A DNA stretch of 64,000 nucleotides from Raillietiella orientalis (Eukaryota). The stretch lies in assembly GCA_036172245.1 (NCBI GenBank), contig JAYWIR010000032.1:1860001-1924000 (forward strand), written 5' to 3'. The translations under genes and the position numbers were made by a program. The notes beneath the pieces were generated by a model. It did not search any database, had not been told where the DNA came from, and saw nothing but the letters and a program-made list of their open reading frames with translations. Positions 1 to 13,088 of the stretch are shown in pieces. The number at the start of each line of letters is the position of its first letter. Position 1 is the stretch's first letter.

Positions 1-370
1 TTCCTCCTCTTCCCTTATTGGGTAACTTCACGGATGCAGAGGAGAACCTCTTGGTGCCTGGTCGCCAGTTGCCGCCGTCGCAGAGCCGTTGCTGCCTACG
101 CGAGGGGTTCGCCTCCAGGAACGACGACAGGAGACAACAGCATGGCAGAGGATGCCATCCTTTTTGTCATTCGGTTCCTCAAAATAGCATATCGAGATGG
201 TCCCACCTGGGAAGAGCTCCTCAGCATCCTGCGAAAGATGAAGAGGACCCAGCACAACGGGACTGTGATCCCTTCGTACCCATCCCTCCTCCCACACTTT
301 TGAAAAGTAAAAACAGCCCTTTTTGCTTTTTTTGTTTGTTTTTTTCCTACTCATCCCTCTCCTTTCCCGC
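1..370 (+). mobile_element. Decayed LINE ORF2 C-terminus and start of pyrimidine-rich 3'UTR
   Basis: The translation EDAILFVIRFLKIAYRDG...LLSILRKM resembles RDAIHFALRFLRKVVRW...LVEILQRM at the LINE end near 54020-54130; a T/C-rich tract follows. Confidence 0.45.
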
Positions 371-469
371 CGAAGATCTCGTCAGCACCCTTGAAGGATT
401 TGTTGCGACGCGACGTCCGGGTGTCACATCAGAAAGACGAACATGCTGACTGCCAAGGAAGACTCCGGA

Positions 470-1050
470 AGAAGAAGTCCATTTTTCTTACCCTTGAGAG
501 GGAGTCCTGAAGGGAATCTCTTCCTCATTCTCTCTAAAGGGGTTGGCCCCTGAGGAAAAGGCCACTTCTCATTCTTCTCCAAAGAGAACTCGGAAAGGAC
601 CTGCTCTTGGAATTTCGTCTCTAGAGACAACTACTCCTTGTTACTCCTCTAGAGAGAATCTTGAAGGGACGCTTGGACATTTCTCTGAAAGGGTCTCTTC
701 CCAAAGGGAGCAGCGCGCTTCTTGATACTCTGGAGAGGCAACCCCTGAAGGAGGGTATCAACCAGCTCCATGGTACGTGATAGAGGGTCTCTTCCCGAAG
801 GGAACTCCGAAAGGAACCGACTCTTTGATTTGCGGAAGGATCTTGGAGGACCAACTTCCAGTCCCTGCCAGTCGACGGGGCATCTGGTTTCCGGTTGCCA
901 CGAGTGCCGCTCCCGAATATAGGCCAGCCAGCGTTATCTTACGGAAGAACCCATTTTTCGGCGTCGATCCTTTCTCGGAAGGTATTCGAACCCGCAACGT
1001 TCGGTACTCCACGAGTGGAGGCCACAGTCACACGACCGCCAGCGCGGTCA
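470..1050 (-). mobile_element. tRNA-derived SINE-like element, copy A
   Basis: Minus strand has a B-box-like GGGTTCGAATACC followed by AAGGATCGAC (about 960-1000); the family core appears as GGGAGCAGCGCGCTTCTTGATACTC on + at 706-730. Confidence 0.7.
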
Positions 1051-2879
1051 ACACCAAAGAAGAAGGCAGGAAATCCCTGTTTTTCCGACCAGTGTTTTTC
1101 AAGCTTCTATGGAGCCTGGACCAGTTTGTGTCCCATTGTTGTCATCGCGATTTGTCGAAGCGCCCTTTCCACGCAGACGCACGAACCAGCCACGTCGGCT
1201 TCTCTCCACGCGAAATGCAACTCTGATGGTGTTGGCCTCCCGGTGCTCTACCTCGTGGACGGTTGAGGGTGCGGACTCATTGCTTCCCTAGCAAAGAAAG
1301 TGGAAAGGGAGGACGGTTCATTCCTCAACTCCTGTTCTTGGAAGTACGAGAGCGGCGCTCTCCGGAGACTTCTTTGAGGGAGTCGTAAGAGATGGATCCC
1401 TCTAGATGGGCAGAAGTGGCCAAGGGTCCGAATGCATCCTATGTGGCTCGTGGGGTTGGTCCTTGAAGAATGTTCCAGGTGCCAAATCTCCTGCTGCCGA
1501 CATCCGGGCTGTCCTGCAGCTGCAAGGATTTTTGGAGCTCCTTCAATGGCCTTCGAAGGGGCCACCAGTCTATCGGATGGTGGGACACTCTCCCTATTAG
1601 GGGTTCAGTAAAGAGTCTAGTGAGAGTCTTTGCCTTTTCTGAAATTGGGGTCACATGATTTCCCCAGTGGGCTTTGTAGCCATCTCCTCCTCCCTTCATT
1701 ACTGTTAGGGTCATAAGCTCTTCCATTTTTATAAGTGCGGGAGCGCTGTTTCCTCCTCGCCGAAAGCAATAAGAAGTCCCGTTTTCAATTTCATGCCTTA
1801 TTGACGAGTTCACTGCGCACGTGAACTTCCTTTAAACGAACAGTCGTGACCAAAGGTTCGAGAGACAAGGGGAACCCGGAACTGCCTGGAAAAAAAAGAA
1901 AAAAGGAAACGCAGGAAAGAGAGCAAGTAAACAGATACTCCGCTTGCCATAAAGACCGCTAGCACGGCAGTGGCAGCCCTACCTGTGAACTCTCCACGTG
2001 GCTGGCAAATCCATCACCCACTCTGTCTCCAGCACTGCGTCTCGAAGACTGGGACGTGGGTCCATGTCCACTCCCGTTGTGCAAGAGTTCCTATGGGCTG
2101 CCTCTGCGTAGACAAAGCCTGCCTGAGAGTCCCGGTAGCTATCTCAGGGTTTCCTGAGGTTCCTAAGGGAGAGACTTTTCCAACTTCTAGCTGGATCCAT
2201 CGACCCAGTCGGGACGATTTCCTGTCCCCACTTCACGGCCCCGATGAGGCACTGCCAGGTCCTTTTGTTCGATGTTCGAACATCTTTCAGCTGATTTCCC
2301 TCTGCGGCGAAGGATTTGCTGCTCTCAGTTCACTTCCTGCACTGCACCTTTGGGAATGTCTCCGAATATCCCGGTTCCGGGATTCCCCCGGAGCGGAAGA
2401 GCTCTTTGTCTCCGGGCAACAAAAAGGTTCGTTGCGTCCCGAGCGTCCGCCAAGGGGAGGCGCCACTGTGCTCCTCACATCGAATGAATCCTTTCATTTC
2501 GAGGGAGGGCGCGTAGCCATGCGTGGCAGGGAGCGGTGATGCGACTCTCGGGAAACTTCTGCAGCACTGAGCACAATGAGTGGCCACAGGACCGGGACGG
2601 ACGAGGCGCGGCGCCGAGCGTTGAGCGAGAATCTCAACTTTCGCGTGCAAGAAGTTTCGTTCGTGTTCCTCTCTTCCTCCTTTCTCCTTAACCGAAGCAG
2701 GAACTTTTTCCGTCGCCTCCCTCGCTCGGGGGTGTCGGACTTCTTGCACGGAGAGGTAAGGGGGGGGCGAGGGAAGGGGGGAAGTCCCTTCCCAGAACGC
2801 GCCCCTTCTGGCACCACCAGAACGACGCTTGGAGAAACTCTTTATGAGCGACACGCTGGAAACCGTTAAAGAAAGCTTC

Positions 2880-3670
2880 CAATATACCGAAGATTCTGGA
2901 AGAAAACTGGAGCTCTTTGAGATTCCTCCGTTTTCGCTGCTTTTTTTCCATTCCTGCTTTCTTTTTGGTTCTCAACGCGTGCTGGAGAACCATTCTCCTC
3001 CATAGGGGAGGCTCACGTAGCTCTTGAACGCTGTCCACGTCCACCCGAGGGTGCGTGAAACTCTTCAGGTTAGAGGATGTCCCTACAGGGACGACTCCAT
3101 GAATCCAGGAAGGCTCCGGAGGAAGGATCTTTCCTTTTGCTCTTCGTAGGGAGCCTCTAAGGGAACCCGGAAAGGTTTCGCTCTTTGGAGAAAGGTCCGA
3201 GAGAACCACGCCCTGTTCCCTCCTCTGAAGAGAACCCCGAAGGGATGCTTCCCAGCTTCCCCGGAAGGTCGCTCCCCGAAGAGAGCAGCACGCTTCTGAC
3301 ACTCCAGAGAGGTAACCCTACGAGGGGGGGGTATCAACCTGCTTAGTGGTAGGCGGTGAAGGGTTCCATCCGATTGTGGATAGACAGCTCCATTTCCTCC
3401 AAAAGCGGACCTTCGATTTGAACCTTGGAAAGGACCGTCTCGCTGACCCTGGATGCCAGTCAACGGGACATCTGTGGGTTTCGGATTTCCGCCACTGCCG
3501 CACCCGAAGCCTGTAGGCCAGTCAGTGTCATCTTGAGGGCGGAACCCGAAACCTGCGATGCAGTCCCGTTTCTTGGAGTCGATCCTTCATGTGGGGATTC
3601 GAACCTGCAACATGGTGCCACATGCTGGGACTTCAGCAGTCATGCAGGCCGCCAACACGGGCTGTAGCCT
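2880..3670 (-). mobile_element. tRNA-derived SINE-like element, copy B
   Basis: Minus-strand B box GGTTCGAATCCCC...AAGGATCGAC (about 3578-3606); core at 3281-3304; 3' body and A-rich end similar to copies D and G. Confidence 0.7.
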
Positions 3671-4399
3671 TCACGGAGACCTCTCGAAACCGTTCAGGAC
3701 GTCTTACGGGTGTACGGCGTCATGAACCGTTGCCACGGAATGCCAACCCACTATCACAGGAATCGGATCCTCGCCAAGTCTTATCATTAAGACCACTGCA
3801 GTTGAAGCGCGCAACTGCCACGGAGGCTCCATGCAGGGTTCTGCAAAGTCTCCCGAAACTCCTCAAGAGAAATTCCGAGTCTATTATTCCTGCAGCCGAC
3901 GGCTCCCATCCTTCCTGTGCGCTTCCAGCACGCCGTTTCCCAGACTTTCGATTTGGCACTGCCTCGAATCGCCAAGTCCGGGATAGGCGCCCATCCTGAA
4001 GTCTCCTTCGACCAGAAGACCAAAAAGCCGGGGATGGATGAGGGATCGAGAGGGAAAACGGATACGAAACGTTCCGGGGAAACAGTCATTACGCTCCTGG
4101 GATTTCAGGAGGCGGAGCAGGATCGAGACAGTCGTGAAAGGAATCCCGGGAAATCACCTCGGAAGGAACCGCCCTCTCCGTTTTGCCTCTGAGGTCACGT
4201 GGAAGAGCTCACAGCCTCCCAGATTTCTCGAGCGTTCCTTGAATATAACGTCCCTACGCAGGGTGGAGAGCGTCCATCGGAATGTCAAAAAAGGAAAACC
4301 AAGGAAAATACGAGAAAGATGGAAACATGCAGGACTTCTTGAAGGATTCAAACGATGAATATTCCAGGCTCTTTCAAAGGGAAGGGAAACAGATTGTCC

Positions 4400-4900
4400 C
4401 CATTCCAGGAATGGGAAAGGTCGTTAGAGGCTGAAAATTCAAACCATTTGTAAGGATGAGGATAGCGACGCTCTTTGGATAAGTTCCAAAGAACTGTTAT
4501 CAAGGAAGTGGACTGCTATCCTGATGGATCGCAGCTGCCGTTCTGGTTTGCAAAGTGGCATCAGGTGTGGATTCGGCCACAGCGTGGCTCGCGAGATCTC
4601 AGGGACCTCGAGATTCGTTTCGAAGCGAAACGTGCGGGGGAGGTGAATACGGATCCCGACACGTGGATTCGTTGAGCTGCTTCCATCTTCTCGCTTTCTA
4701 GCAGATCTTTAAGAGGAAACGAGTTGATTGCTGCGATGGATGCGGATGATCCCCGCGTCACCTTCGCAAAGACGAAAGAGATCTCATCTAGGGAGCTGCT
4801 ATCCCCAATCCGGAGTCTGCAGCCACGTCCAGGAATCGAGTCCAGATTGCTCAAGAGCCACGATGGGGCACCCTGGATTTTGCAACGACTGTCACTACGC
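4400..4900 (+). mobile_element. Decayed LINE ORF2 linker between EN and RT
   Basis: Degenerate DAL.KFQRTVIKEVD..P...PFW and ISSRELLSPIRSLQPRPGIESRLLK resemble the pre-RT 'I..eEv..l..l...k.pG.DgI...LK' pattern; interrupted by stops. Confidence 0.4.
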
Positions 4901-4920
4901 TCAGGACTAGTCCTTATCCG

Positions 4921-6590
4921 CGACGTTTATTTTCAGAAAACAAGCTACAAGACAGAAAGAAAAAGAAATGTCGAAGAAAACATAAGTTCATTCGGGATAA
5001 CCATCGGCATGCAGGCCGGCTTTCAAAAACTTTGGGATAACCATCGGCTTCGAGCACGTTCCTCGAAGTCCTCCACCCGCCTTCCCTCGCGGAAAAGTTG
5101 TGTCTGCGCCGCCATCGCTCCCCCTTTCTTCCGTGTCAGAGCAGCGTCCTCGCCCCCGGGGGAAACCTTTCCCACCAAGCAGGTCAAAAGGTAGAGAACG
5201 AAGGCATAAGACAACAACTAAATAAAAAAAGACGGGAAGGTGGGTACAGAATCTTTGCTTAAAGGCATTCCTTTCCTTCAACAAGCGACTGTCGATGGTG
5301 GCAATGTCCCTGCAGACTTCTACTCGTAGATGAGGCCACCTTGATGCTGTCCCCATGAGAGCCGCTGATATTCTGGTGTCCTCTCTTCGCCGAGAACCTG
5401 ACCCCAACACGTGGCGGGCTGCCATGATGGCGCGGATGCGAACAGATCCTCGCGATCACAGCTCCCATCTTCGGTCCGCTTTCTGTGAACAAGCGTCTCA
5501 GCGAGTCCGCTGCAGTGTCCTGCGGCTGTCGGACCGCCGAAGCGAGTTTCCGCCACAAGTCCTCGAGGGCACTGCAGTCCAACAGGAGGTGCGGGAGCGA
5601 TTCCGCCGCACCTGGAATAGTTCGGGAAGGCGACTGCCCCGGAAACCAGAGGTGTGTGCTGATGGCACTGGGATCCCTCCCAAGGCAAAAACAGCAGGAC
5701 ATTCCGTTTCCACTGTAGTGTCCACGCACGGGGGCGGAGTCCACGAGTTCTTAGGAGGGAATACACCGAGTAGGTCACTCCACCGAAGGAGTCCCTTTGC
5801 CCGGAAACGAAGAGTGGCAGCGTTCACTAACTCGCTCGTCTTGCAGTCGTCCAGGAGTTTGTCGACTCCCTCAATTTTGCAGGACAACTCCCACCCCGCC
5901 GATTGGCTGTTGTCATTTCTCTCCCTGAGGGCAGACACAGCTGCAGCAAGGGGTGTGGCTGCTACCCGGAACCGCTGCGTCCAATTCTGCAGGAGATCTC
6001 CCAGAGTTTTGCGTAGGAGACCATGCAGCGATCGCAGTTTCTGTGGGCTCACTTCCCAAGTTGCAACCCAGGACTGCAGAGCTTCCTGCCTCCAGACGTC
6101 CCAGTTCATGGAGCAGCAGAAGGTCCATGAGTACACTTCCAGTAGGGAGGTCGGATGCTTCAGGGGTAGCCGAATCCAATCCTCGGGCGTAGGTTGCGCG
6201 GTAGTAGCCAAAGAATTCCTGCGTTTCCAGCGCATTGCTGGAGGATGTGGAGTGCCGGAGCACACCAGTGGGAGGACCACAATTTCCCACACCTGCAGTC
6301 CTATCTTGTTATGGTCGGAATACCCAAGCCAGAGTCCTGGAGCAAATTCACCAAGTCTTTCAAGAGGATTCGGGACCTTGCAGCGCTCCGCAAGGCTTTT
6401 CGTAGGAAGCGATGCGCTCGGATCTTCACCGAATAAGGGGATGGACAAACAAAAAATAGAGGCGACGGAGGTGACTTTGTGGTATTGAACTCCAGCATGC
6501 AACCAGGGTACTTGGGAAAATAAATTGATCAGGACTGGTTTCCATCTCTGAAACAACAGGACAACGAGGTAGCCACAATGGCGCACGGGT
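4921..6590 (-). mobile_element. 5'-truncated L1/Tx1-like LINE (post-RT region, C-terminal zinc-binding region, 3'UTR)
   Basis: Frameshifted minus-strand peptides LLQDSGLGIP (GGLG motif) and AESLPHLLLDCSALEDLW (C-terminal CCHC-type region); the 3'UTR is homologous to 61260-61340; AATAAACGTC on minus at 4922-4931. Confidence 0.7.
5212..6407. repeat. Inverted duplication arm 1a (1196 bp; partner 25154-26349)
   Basis: Reverse-complement match with a constant coordinate sum of 31561 (e.g. ORF 5355+ vs 26206-); ORF translations are identical except one K/E change I could see. Confidence 0.95.
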
Positions 6591-6974
6591 GTGCTACGTG
6601 CCAGCGGTTCAATGTCTGGAGATCCTTCTTTCTTATATTAGTGTACTGCAGCTAGAACTGGGAACATCCGGGAACTCGGGAAAATGTGGAAAAAGATCGC
6701 ATGTGGAAACTCGTCAAAAGATGTACCAAACAGAGTGATCAGTGAGTGAGTGCACGCAGGCAAATCAGCGGGAGCTTCTGACCTACCTAACCTTTTCCAC
6801 TTTTCCCCTATGGATCAGGCAATTTCCCTATCAACTGCAAACCTCTCCGAAATTGAGGCATGGATCTCTCTGGGCATCCGGTTCAGTGGTAAAAGGCATC
6901 CATGGTTGCCACCAACGGTCTGTTGCGACTCCACAGCTGTCGACAGGAAGTGAAATCGACAACTCCACTGGGGA

Positions 6975-7680
6975 TGTTGAATGTTTCGGCCGGAGGTGGC
7001 GACGGTCTCCACGCGCGTGACACTGAGCGTCACGGTTCGAGTCCCCACATGGAGGATCGATGCTGGGAATGGAGGGTGTGTCATCGGTTTTGAATCTCCC
7101 CTGCAGGATGACGCTGGTCGTCCTTCTAGGCTTCGGGTGCGGCATTGGTGGGAGCCGAATGCCTCCGTTGAAAGGCTGGAATTCGAAACTGAGGTCCTCT
7201 CCGAGGTCCTTCCAGGAATCAAGGAGTCCTCCGTGGTTTCCTTCGGGATGAAATCCTCAATCGCGTACTATGGGGGTAGTAGGTTGACACCTCTCCAGAG
7301 TGTGAAGAAACGCTCTGCTCTCTTGAGGGAGGAGCCCTTCAGAGGAAATTTGGGAGTTCCACTCGGAGTCCGTTCCAGAGAAGGAAACTGGGAGCAGTTC
7401 CCTTGCAGGTTCCCTCCGGAGAAGAAATGAAGACCCGATCCCTCCTGGACACCCTTGAGGAGAGGGTGATGAATGGTGGGATGGGGTTCTCTTCGAAGAC
7501 AACCAGGTCGAAGGGTTCCCCTATCAAGCGTAAGAGGAACTGCCTCATCTCTCTGGAGCCTTCCCTGATGTATAGGTGGTCCCTTCCTGGTTCTCCTTAA
7601 CTTTCAGAGTCCACATGCACCCTTGGGTATTTAAAGAGCTCTGTAAGTCCCTCCTTAGGCGGCGGACGGTTCTTCAGTAC
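6975..7680 (+). mobile_element. tRNA-derived SINE-like element, copy C
   Basis: GGTTCGAGTCCCC...AGGATCGA at about 7034-7060; degenerate core GAGTGTGAAGAAACGCTCTGCTCTC at 7298-7322; body homologous to copies B, G and H. Confidence 0.7.
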
Positions 7681-7799
7681 TTGGCTTTGGGAGGAGGTTG
7701 GAAGAGGCACGGATCACGGTAAAGTGAACATTCGGATGCGAGCTCTCCACAGTACACTTGAGGCTCACATGAGAAGGAGAATCGTCTCCAGCCCACGCA

Positions 7800-9400
7800 C
7801 AGCTGGAGCCAAGAAGCATGGATCCCTTTTATTGCGAAACACCCAGACTGGGGGAAGTCTTGGACAGAGCAGTTCCATTCTGCAAGGAGGAATTATCAAC
7901 GAATCTTGAAAAGGCAGGCGTCGCGTACCCTTCTGATAAAATCTGGTCCAGTTTCAATGCAGAAACTGCCTTACAAGGAACTCCACTTGAGAAAGCTGAG
8001 TTTCTCCTGCAGACCCCTATTTCTTTATAAAAGGGGCCGCATAAACGTATGCGTGTAGCGTTCGCACAAGGCTGGATGTGTAGATAAACACGCGTTCGAG
8101 CGTAAAATGCTTTCATGTGGATACACATACATGTGGATCCCATGGGCACGATCTGATGCAAATCTCTCTGAAAATTTCCACTTGTCCCTTAGCTCGCCAG
8201 TTTTGGTTTCACGGGACAATGTGAAGCGCACATGGAGCAAACTCGCGTCCCCTAGAAACTCACTCACATGTGAAAGGCTTAAAGAATGTTCAACGCAGAG
8301 TCCACTGCCCATGCATAATACCACCCACAGAATGCTCGATGCAGAGTCCACTGTCCATGCGGACGAAAGCGGCCAAAGGTTTTTCCGTGGTGCAGAGAAA
8401 TTCGACCCAATTGGAGCTTTGCAGCGAAATTCTTTCGGACTCACATCGGAGATGTGAAGGAAATCTTTCAGACGACAGATCTTCCCCCACATCAATGTGA
8501 TGCAGAAACCTGGAAAAGATCCAGTTATAGACGCTGTCCTTGACGGTTTGGCAACCAAGCCACAGGCATTTCGCATCCCTGTAAATAAAAGTTGGAGCAG
8601 AAGTTGCGAAATGCATGGGACAGGACGAGGATGCCTCAGATGCTTCTGGGAACATCACGAAAAGCTCCATACTGATGCAGCGGGATGCACATTCGGAAAA
8701 GCTGGGGTTGTTGCAAGAGTCTGCAAGAGGTAAATTCGCAAGATGTGGGTTCTCACGCGTCCTCATCGTTGTCTCGATCCACCTCGATTCCGTGCATTTA
8801 AGAAACCGACCCAGTTCGAAAGGAAACTCGATATGAACGTCCACACTCTCATCAGCTCTTCCATCCAGAGGTCATCAAAACACAGATGATGATTTCCAGC
8901 ACTGCAAACTCACTTCATGCATAAGACAACCTTAAATCAACGAAACCTGCAAATGCAATACATACCAGTAGCACCTATGATTTACTGATGTTTTGACGGA
9001 AGTACGCGTGGACGTCTTCCTTTACTCAGCATAGCTGTCAAGCAGATGGCAACTACGGACGAAACAGTGATGCTTTCAAGGTATTCCATCTGCACCCATA
9101 AATCCTACTAGTTCTCTCTTATGGCGGACGGAGTTGCGGTGGGAAATTTAAAGCAATTTTCCACCGACGCTGATCTTCGGAAAGCATCGTTGTGTCATCC
9201 TCTCTGCTGGGTTCTTCACCTTTCACTTTCATCACAAAAAACCTTCCAGTCAACCCTTTTCGCCCGGGAGGACGAGCGCCTGCAACAACCAGGTGACCAG
9301 CGTGAAATTGTGCCCAAAGGGTACAGATAAGAATAGCGTACAATGAAAGCGACCAGATTAAACAACATACAAGTGATAGTGTGATGCAATCTGCAAGCCC
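7800..9400 (+). mobile_element. Heavily decayed putative Academ-like (DUF6589-type) DNA transposase
   Basis: Ordered degenerate motifs across frames (VSRDNV...PR; GNITK...EKLGLL...GKFARCGF; DVFLYSA*LSS...SDAFK; KGTDKN) recall my memory of this family's GDN..PR, GDQLT..RL..FH, D.V.NY..LLS.G..DA..EGDG and G.GKN motifs. Many stops and frameshifts. Confidence 0.35.
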
Positions 9401-10049
9401 AGAGCCACGCTGCAGTTTCACTTGATGCAGACGATGTACGAGCAACAGGTCAAATCCAGAATGTGTCACCTATTGGAAGAAAGGGAAAAGACAACAACAG
9501 CAGTAGCTTTTATGCCCGACGTGTCTGTGATGCTGGAAAAAACCATGGCAGATGGCGAGCTCGGAAGGAAAAGGAGCCACCGAGCTGCTGATGCAACCCA
9601 AGAAGAATTCGAGAACGTTCTGGCAGAGTGGAGCAGGCTGCATCAGCACAGAACGCAACGGAGCAGGGCTGCCCGGGCAGATTCACGAAACCGTATCCAA
9701 GCAGATGCGGGACCATAAACGCTCGATGGGAATTTAACTGGTCCTCATGGAACGCTACGGCGAGATGAACCGGGAGCTTCAATCTGGAAGGGGTTCGAAC
9801 GAGCGAGAAGGGTCCAAAATTGGCTCCTTTGCAATCATCCCCGACGTCGTCCCCTGGATGTCAGGCGCAGCAAGAGCGGGGTTGCTTGGAAACGGAACGG
9901 CCGCATTGCGGTCGTCGCGTCGGCTGACTTCTTGCGCCCTTTCGCTGTTTTCCCCCAGACGTTCCTTCATGAACGCCGCATTCCCTTCTTCATCGAGGCT
10001 TCCTTCGCGAGCTCCATCCGTCGACAGATCGTGCTGCACTGGCAGCCGG

Positions 10050-10700
10050 GGACTTCCCAACAAATCATGCATCATCAAGGGCCATGGAAACGAATCCACT
10101 GATCCACGTCAGTGACGATTGCAGAATGCTCCAGCTCCATGCGCAGCCACGTGTTCCCGTTCCCGCCCCAAAGGAAAGGAATCCACCGCATCCCTTCGTC
10201 ATTCCGAGGCGAGAGATGATCCATCTGAGAGGTGGATGCTCTCGATCCAGGATTCCCGTGAGAATGCTCCAGGCGCGAACCCAAGAACCTTGCCGCGAGA
10301 ACGGGGTTCTCGGATGGGAAAAGGACGCTGCTTCCAACAGAAAAGTATTTGAGGAATAAGGAACATCCCTATCCAAACATACGAAATTCTTCGCTTGCAG
10401 GTGGGGTCACCGAACACCCAGCGATCACACTCTCGTCACTGCTACTTCTGTCCACCTCAGTGGACTTCGAGCTTCAGTGAGGCGCCCGTAGCTGGAACCT
10501 TGATGCTGCGGCCACAGATTGCCTGCGAGCAGGTGACCGATAGAGTGGAAGAGAAAAAGTCCTTCGCTCTTCTCAAGAGGGATCGACTTGACCACCTCTT
10601 GGAAAGCCCGCGGGGAGAGACTCCACTGCACCACGCTGAAGAGACCCCCTCACCTTTGCTGCTGCAGCAGGGGAAGGATGGAATTTCGAGGAACTTGGGG
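10050..10700 (-). mobile_element. Decayed LINE RT fragment
   Basis: Minus-strand LSPRAFQEVVKSIPLEKSEG (pre-RT), RQGS..APGAF (QG..LSP-like motif) and IVTDVDQW. Confidence 0.35.
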
Positions 10701-11386
10701 ATCGAGAAGACTTGCAGCATTCAGAGTAAGTTCCGTCTTCCCCGAAGATTCCTCCCCCGCTTTCGGAGGGCTTCAGTTGCGTCGGCCGCCGTTGCGCAGT
10801 GGCCTCCGTGGAGCGATCTCGTGCCTCCTCTTCATCCCAGTCGATATCTTCCCAGGTTGGCAAAAAGGGACGAGGAGAGAAGATCGGGCCTTACACGGCA
10901 TCGACGAGGAGGCTGCACGAGACCTCTGTGAATCGTCGCAGGTTCGTGCAGCATCATTTCGATGAGTTCGTAAAGACCGGAAGGAGAATCCCGTGCTCCA
11001 CTCGCCAGGGGGCGCCATCGCGTCCTCGAAGCGAGAATCGAGCCACTCTTCGCGCTGCCGGCAACGCGTTGGGGGGTCTCCGAGGCGCCTCCTTGGAGAC
11101 CCGCTCACGCGTTGTCGAATCAAGTGAAGGCGATCCCGGAAGAAATCGGCGAGACGTCGGCGGTGGTGCCAAGGGTGACTCTGCTGTGCGTGGGTTTGGT
11201 GTCGACGTTTGCCGACGGGCATGCCGCGCTGGTGACGGGTGGAAATGGAAGGACGGTGGGAAGGAGGAGGAGATGTTGCATCTCGGTTGCAATTCCGAGT
11301 ACTTTAGGGTTTTCTGGGGATTGAATGGTCTCGAAGGAGTTTGAAAGGAGGATGTTGCAGCTGTTGTGAGCGCGACTATCGCTTGA

Positions 11387-12180
11387 GTGTTAAATTGTGA
11401 GAACAGGCACGCCCTCTCAAATGCGTTGTACATCTGCGGCGTAAAGAAAGAGGAGCTCCTTGCGATGACCATCCGGAGCGGGGGTCAGTTCGTTGAGGCG
11501 ATCTGCAAAGAGGCAAGTCTAGCTCAACGCTTACTGAGCACCCTCGTTGCGATGGGAAGCAGAAGACTCTTTCCGATAACGGAGGAACCACTCGGTAGTG
11601 GCCACCTTCTAGGAGTCGCGCTACAGATGAAGAAAGAGATCGTCCGCAGCGAACTATTCAAACACGGAACGGTCCACGCGCTGTGGGCGAAGCCCTCTCC
11701 ATTCGTGAAGCATCGCGAGCTTCCAGGTGGCCTTGCGGCTGCGCGTATCACCGTACTCTTGGACTGTGGGTCTCCCTACAAAATACAAGTCGCCGGGGAA
11801 CCGGTGGACCTGTGGTAAGGGGGAAAATCCAAGTATTGCAGCTATTGCAAGTGCTCATGCCATCTGAAAAAGAAGTGTCCGAGTGTACGATGCCAGCAGT
11901 TCGGCAGCACTGGGCACACCAGTGGGGGTGTGCTCACAAAGTACCGTTCTCGTCGCGTCTGCCAAAAATGTCAAAAAGCTCGCGACCAAAAAATTTAAAA
12001 AATTGGCAGCGAAAGCCTCCGCGAAGGACGCACCCCAGACCACTGCATCCCAGACTAAGACCGCCCTGGAAACTCCGGCGAAAAATGCTGGAGCCACCGA
12101 GGAAAGCGGCCAGGAGCCTGGATGGCAGGTGGTTAAATCCAAAAACAGAAGAAGCAGGAGAGGAAAGAAAATAAAATCTC
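11387..12180 (+). mobile_element. L1/Tx1-like LINE ORF1 (gag-like) pseudogene with two zinc knuckles
   Basis: ORF 11387-11818 ends KIQVAGEPVDLW, then a premature TAA (11816-11818). It continues in frame as GGKSKYCSYCKCSCHLKKKCPSVRCQQFGSTGH (CX2CX4HX4C plus a degenerate second knuckle). A frameshifted basic tail GWQVVKSKNRRSRR follows. Confidence 0.8.
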
Positions 12181-12235
12181 GAAGAGCAGCGAGAATCCTC
12201 TTTGTCGTGAAAAAACAAAGGGCTGTCGTGTGGTC

Positions 12236-12440
12236 GTTTCTTACCCGGTTGAGCCGGGACGTTTATTAGAAATGGAAATTATCTGAGAACATAGTTCCCG
12301 GGCGAAGGGAACACAATTTCAAAGGGAGGGCCCCCCGACACGCAGGTCGGGCACACTGAGAGTCCAGAACGGGAGGGAGGGGGCAATAAATAAATGCAAA
12401 AGGATATGGGATGGGGGGCTGGGGACTGGGGCCTTTGGCT
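12236..12440 (-). mobile_element. Isolated LINE 3'UTR/terminal fragment in antisense orientation
   Basis: The reverse complement resembles the 3'UTR at 31250-31426 and ends AATAAACGT-CCCGG-CTCAA-CCGGG-TAAGAAAC. Confidence 0.6.
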
Positions 12441-13088
12441 TCGGCCATTCCTTCTTCTCAGAACCGATGTTAAATGCCCAGGATCTCCTGCCTCACTTCT
12501 TCGTTGATGTGAGGCCACCTGGAAACCATGCTCATGTTGCAGGCTGCTGTGCGGTCGTAGAACGCGTTCCCGCGATCGACGAATGCGGCGCTGCTGAACT
12601 CGTCGTTGCCACGCCACCTCTCGAGAAAGCTAACGAGGAGGGGAGCGAGATGGCGGCGTCCGTCGGAAGCGACTTTGCTTTCCAGCGAGCAGCGGAAGAG
12701 CTCGCTGCCACGCTGCAGAGACCCTTCAAGGTCTCAAAAAGGGCCCTTAGGCGCTCGGCATCTACGAAGAAGTCCGAGATCTCGGACTCCGACGCGGAAG
12801 CCGGAAAAGCAGCTTCCGCCGCCACTACATCCCGCCGGAAGTCTGGCCGCAAGTCCAGGACCCTGTGGAGAACATCGCCCCAGTCGAAGGGGAAGAGATC
12901 GCCTCCAGAAGCGAGGTGCCACGAGCGTAAGAACTGGGGACTCGTCACCCGAACCGGTCGCGCGCTCCAACGCGGAGGGGACGGAGGAGGTACAGGCAGT
13001 CCAGGTTACTGAAAAGGCAGGTCCAGGTCCCCGAAAGCATCCCGCCCGTTCAGGTAGCGGGTGTCCACACGTCATTTTCCCAGCACTG

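Noticed and set aside
1440..1600. hAT transposase dimerisation-domain remnant (PIDWW...ELQK on the minus strand)
   Set aside because: Only a short partial resemblance; the diagnostic ER.FS motif and TIRs are not visible.
5355..6488. 377-aa plus-strand ORF (and its 366-aa twin at 25106-26206) as a real gene
   Set aside because: It is antisense to recognisable LINE ORF2 motifs, has Arg/Ser-rich shadow-frame composition, and the twin is explained by the duplication.
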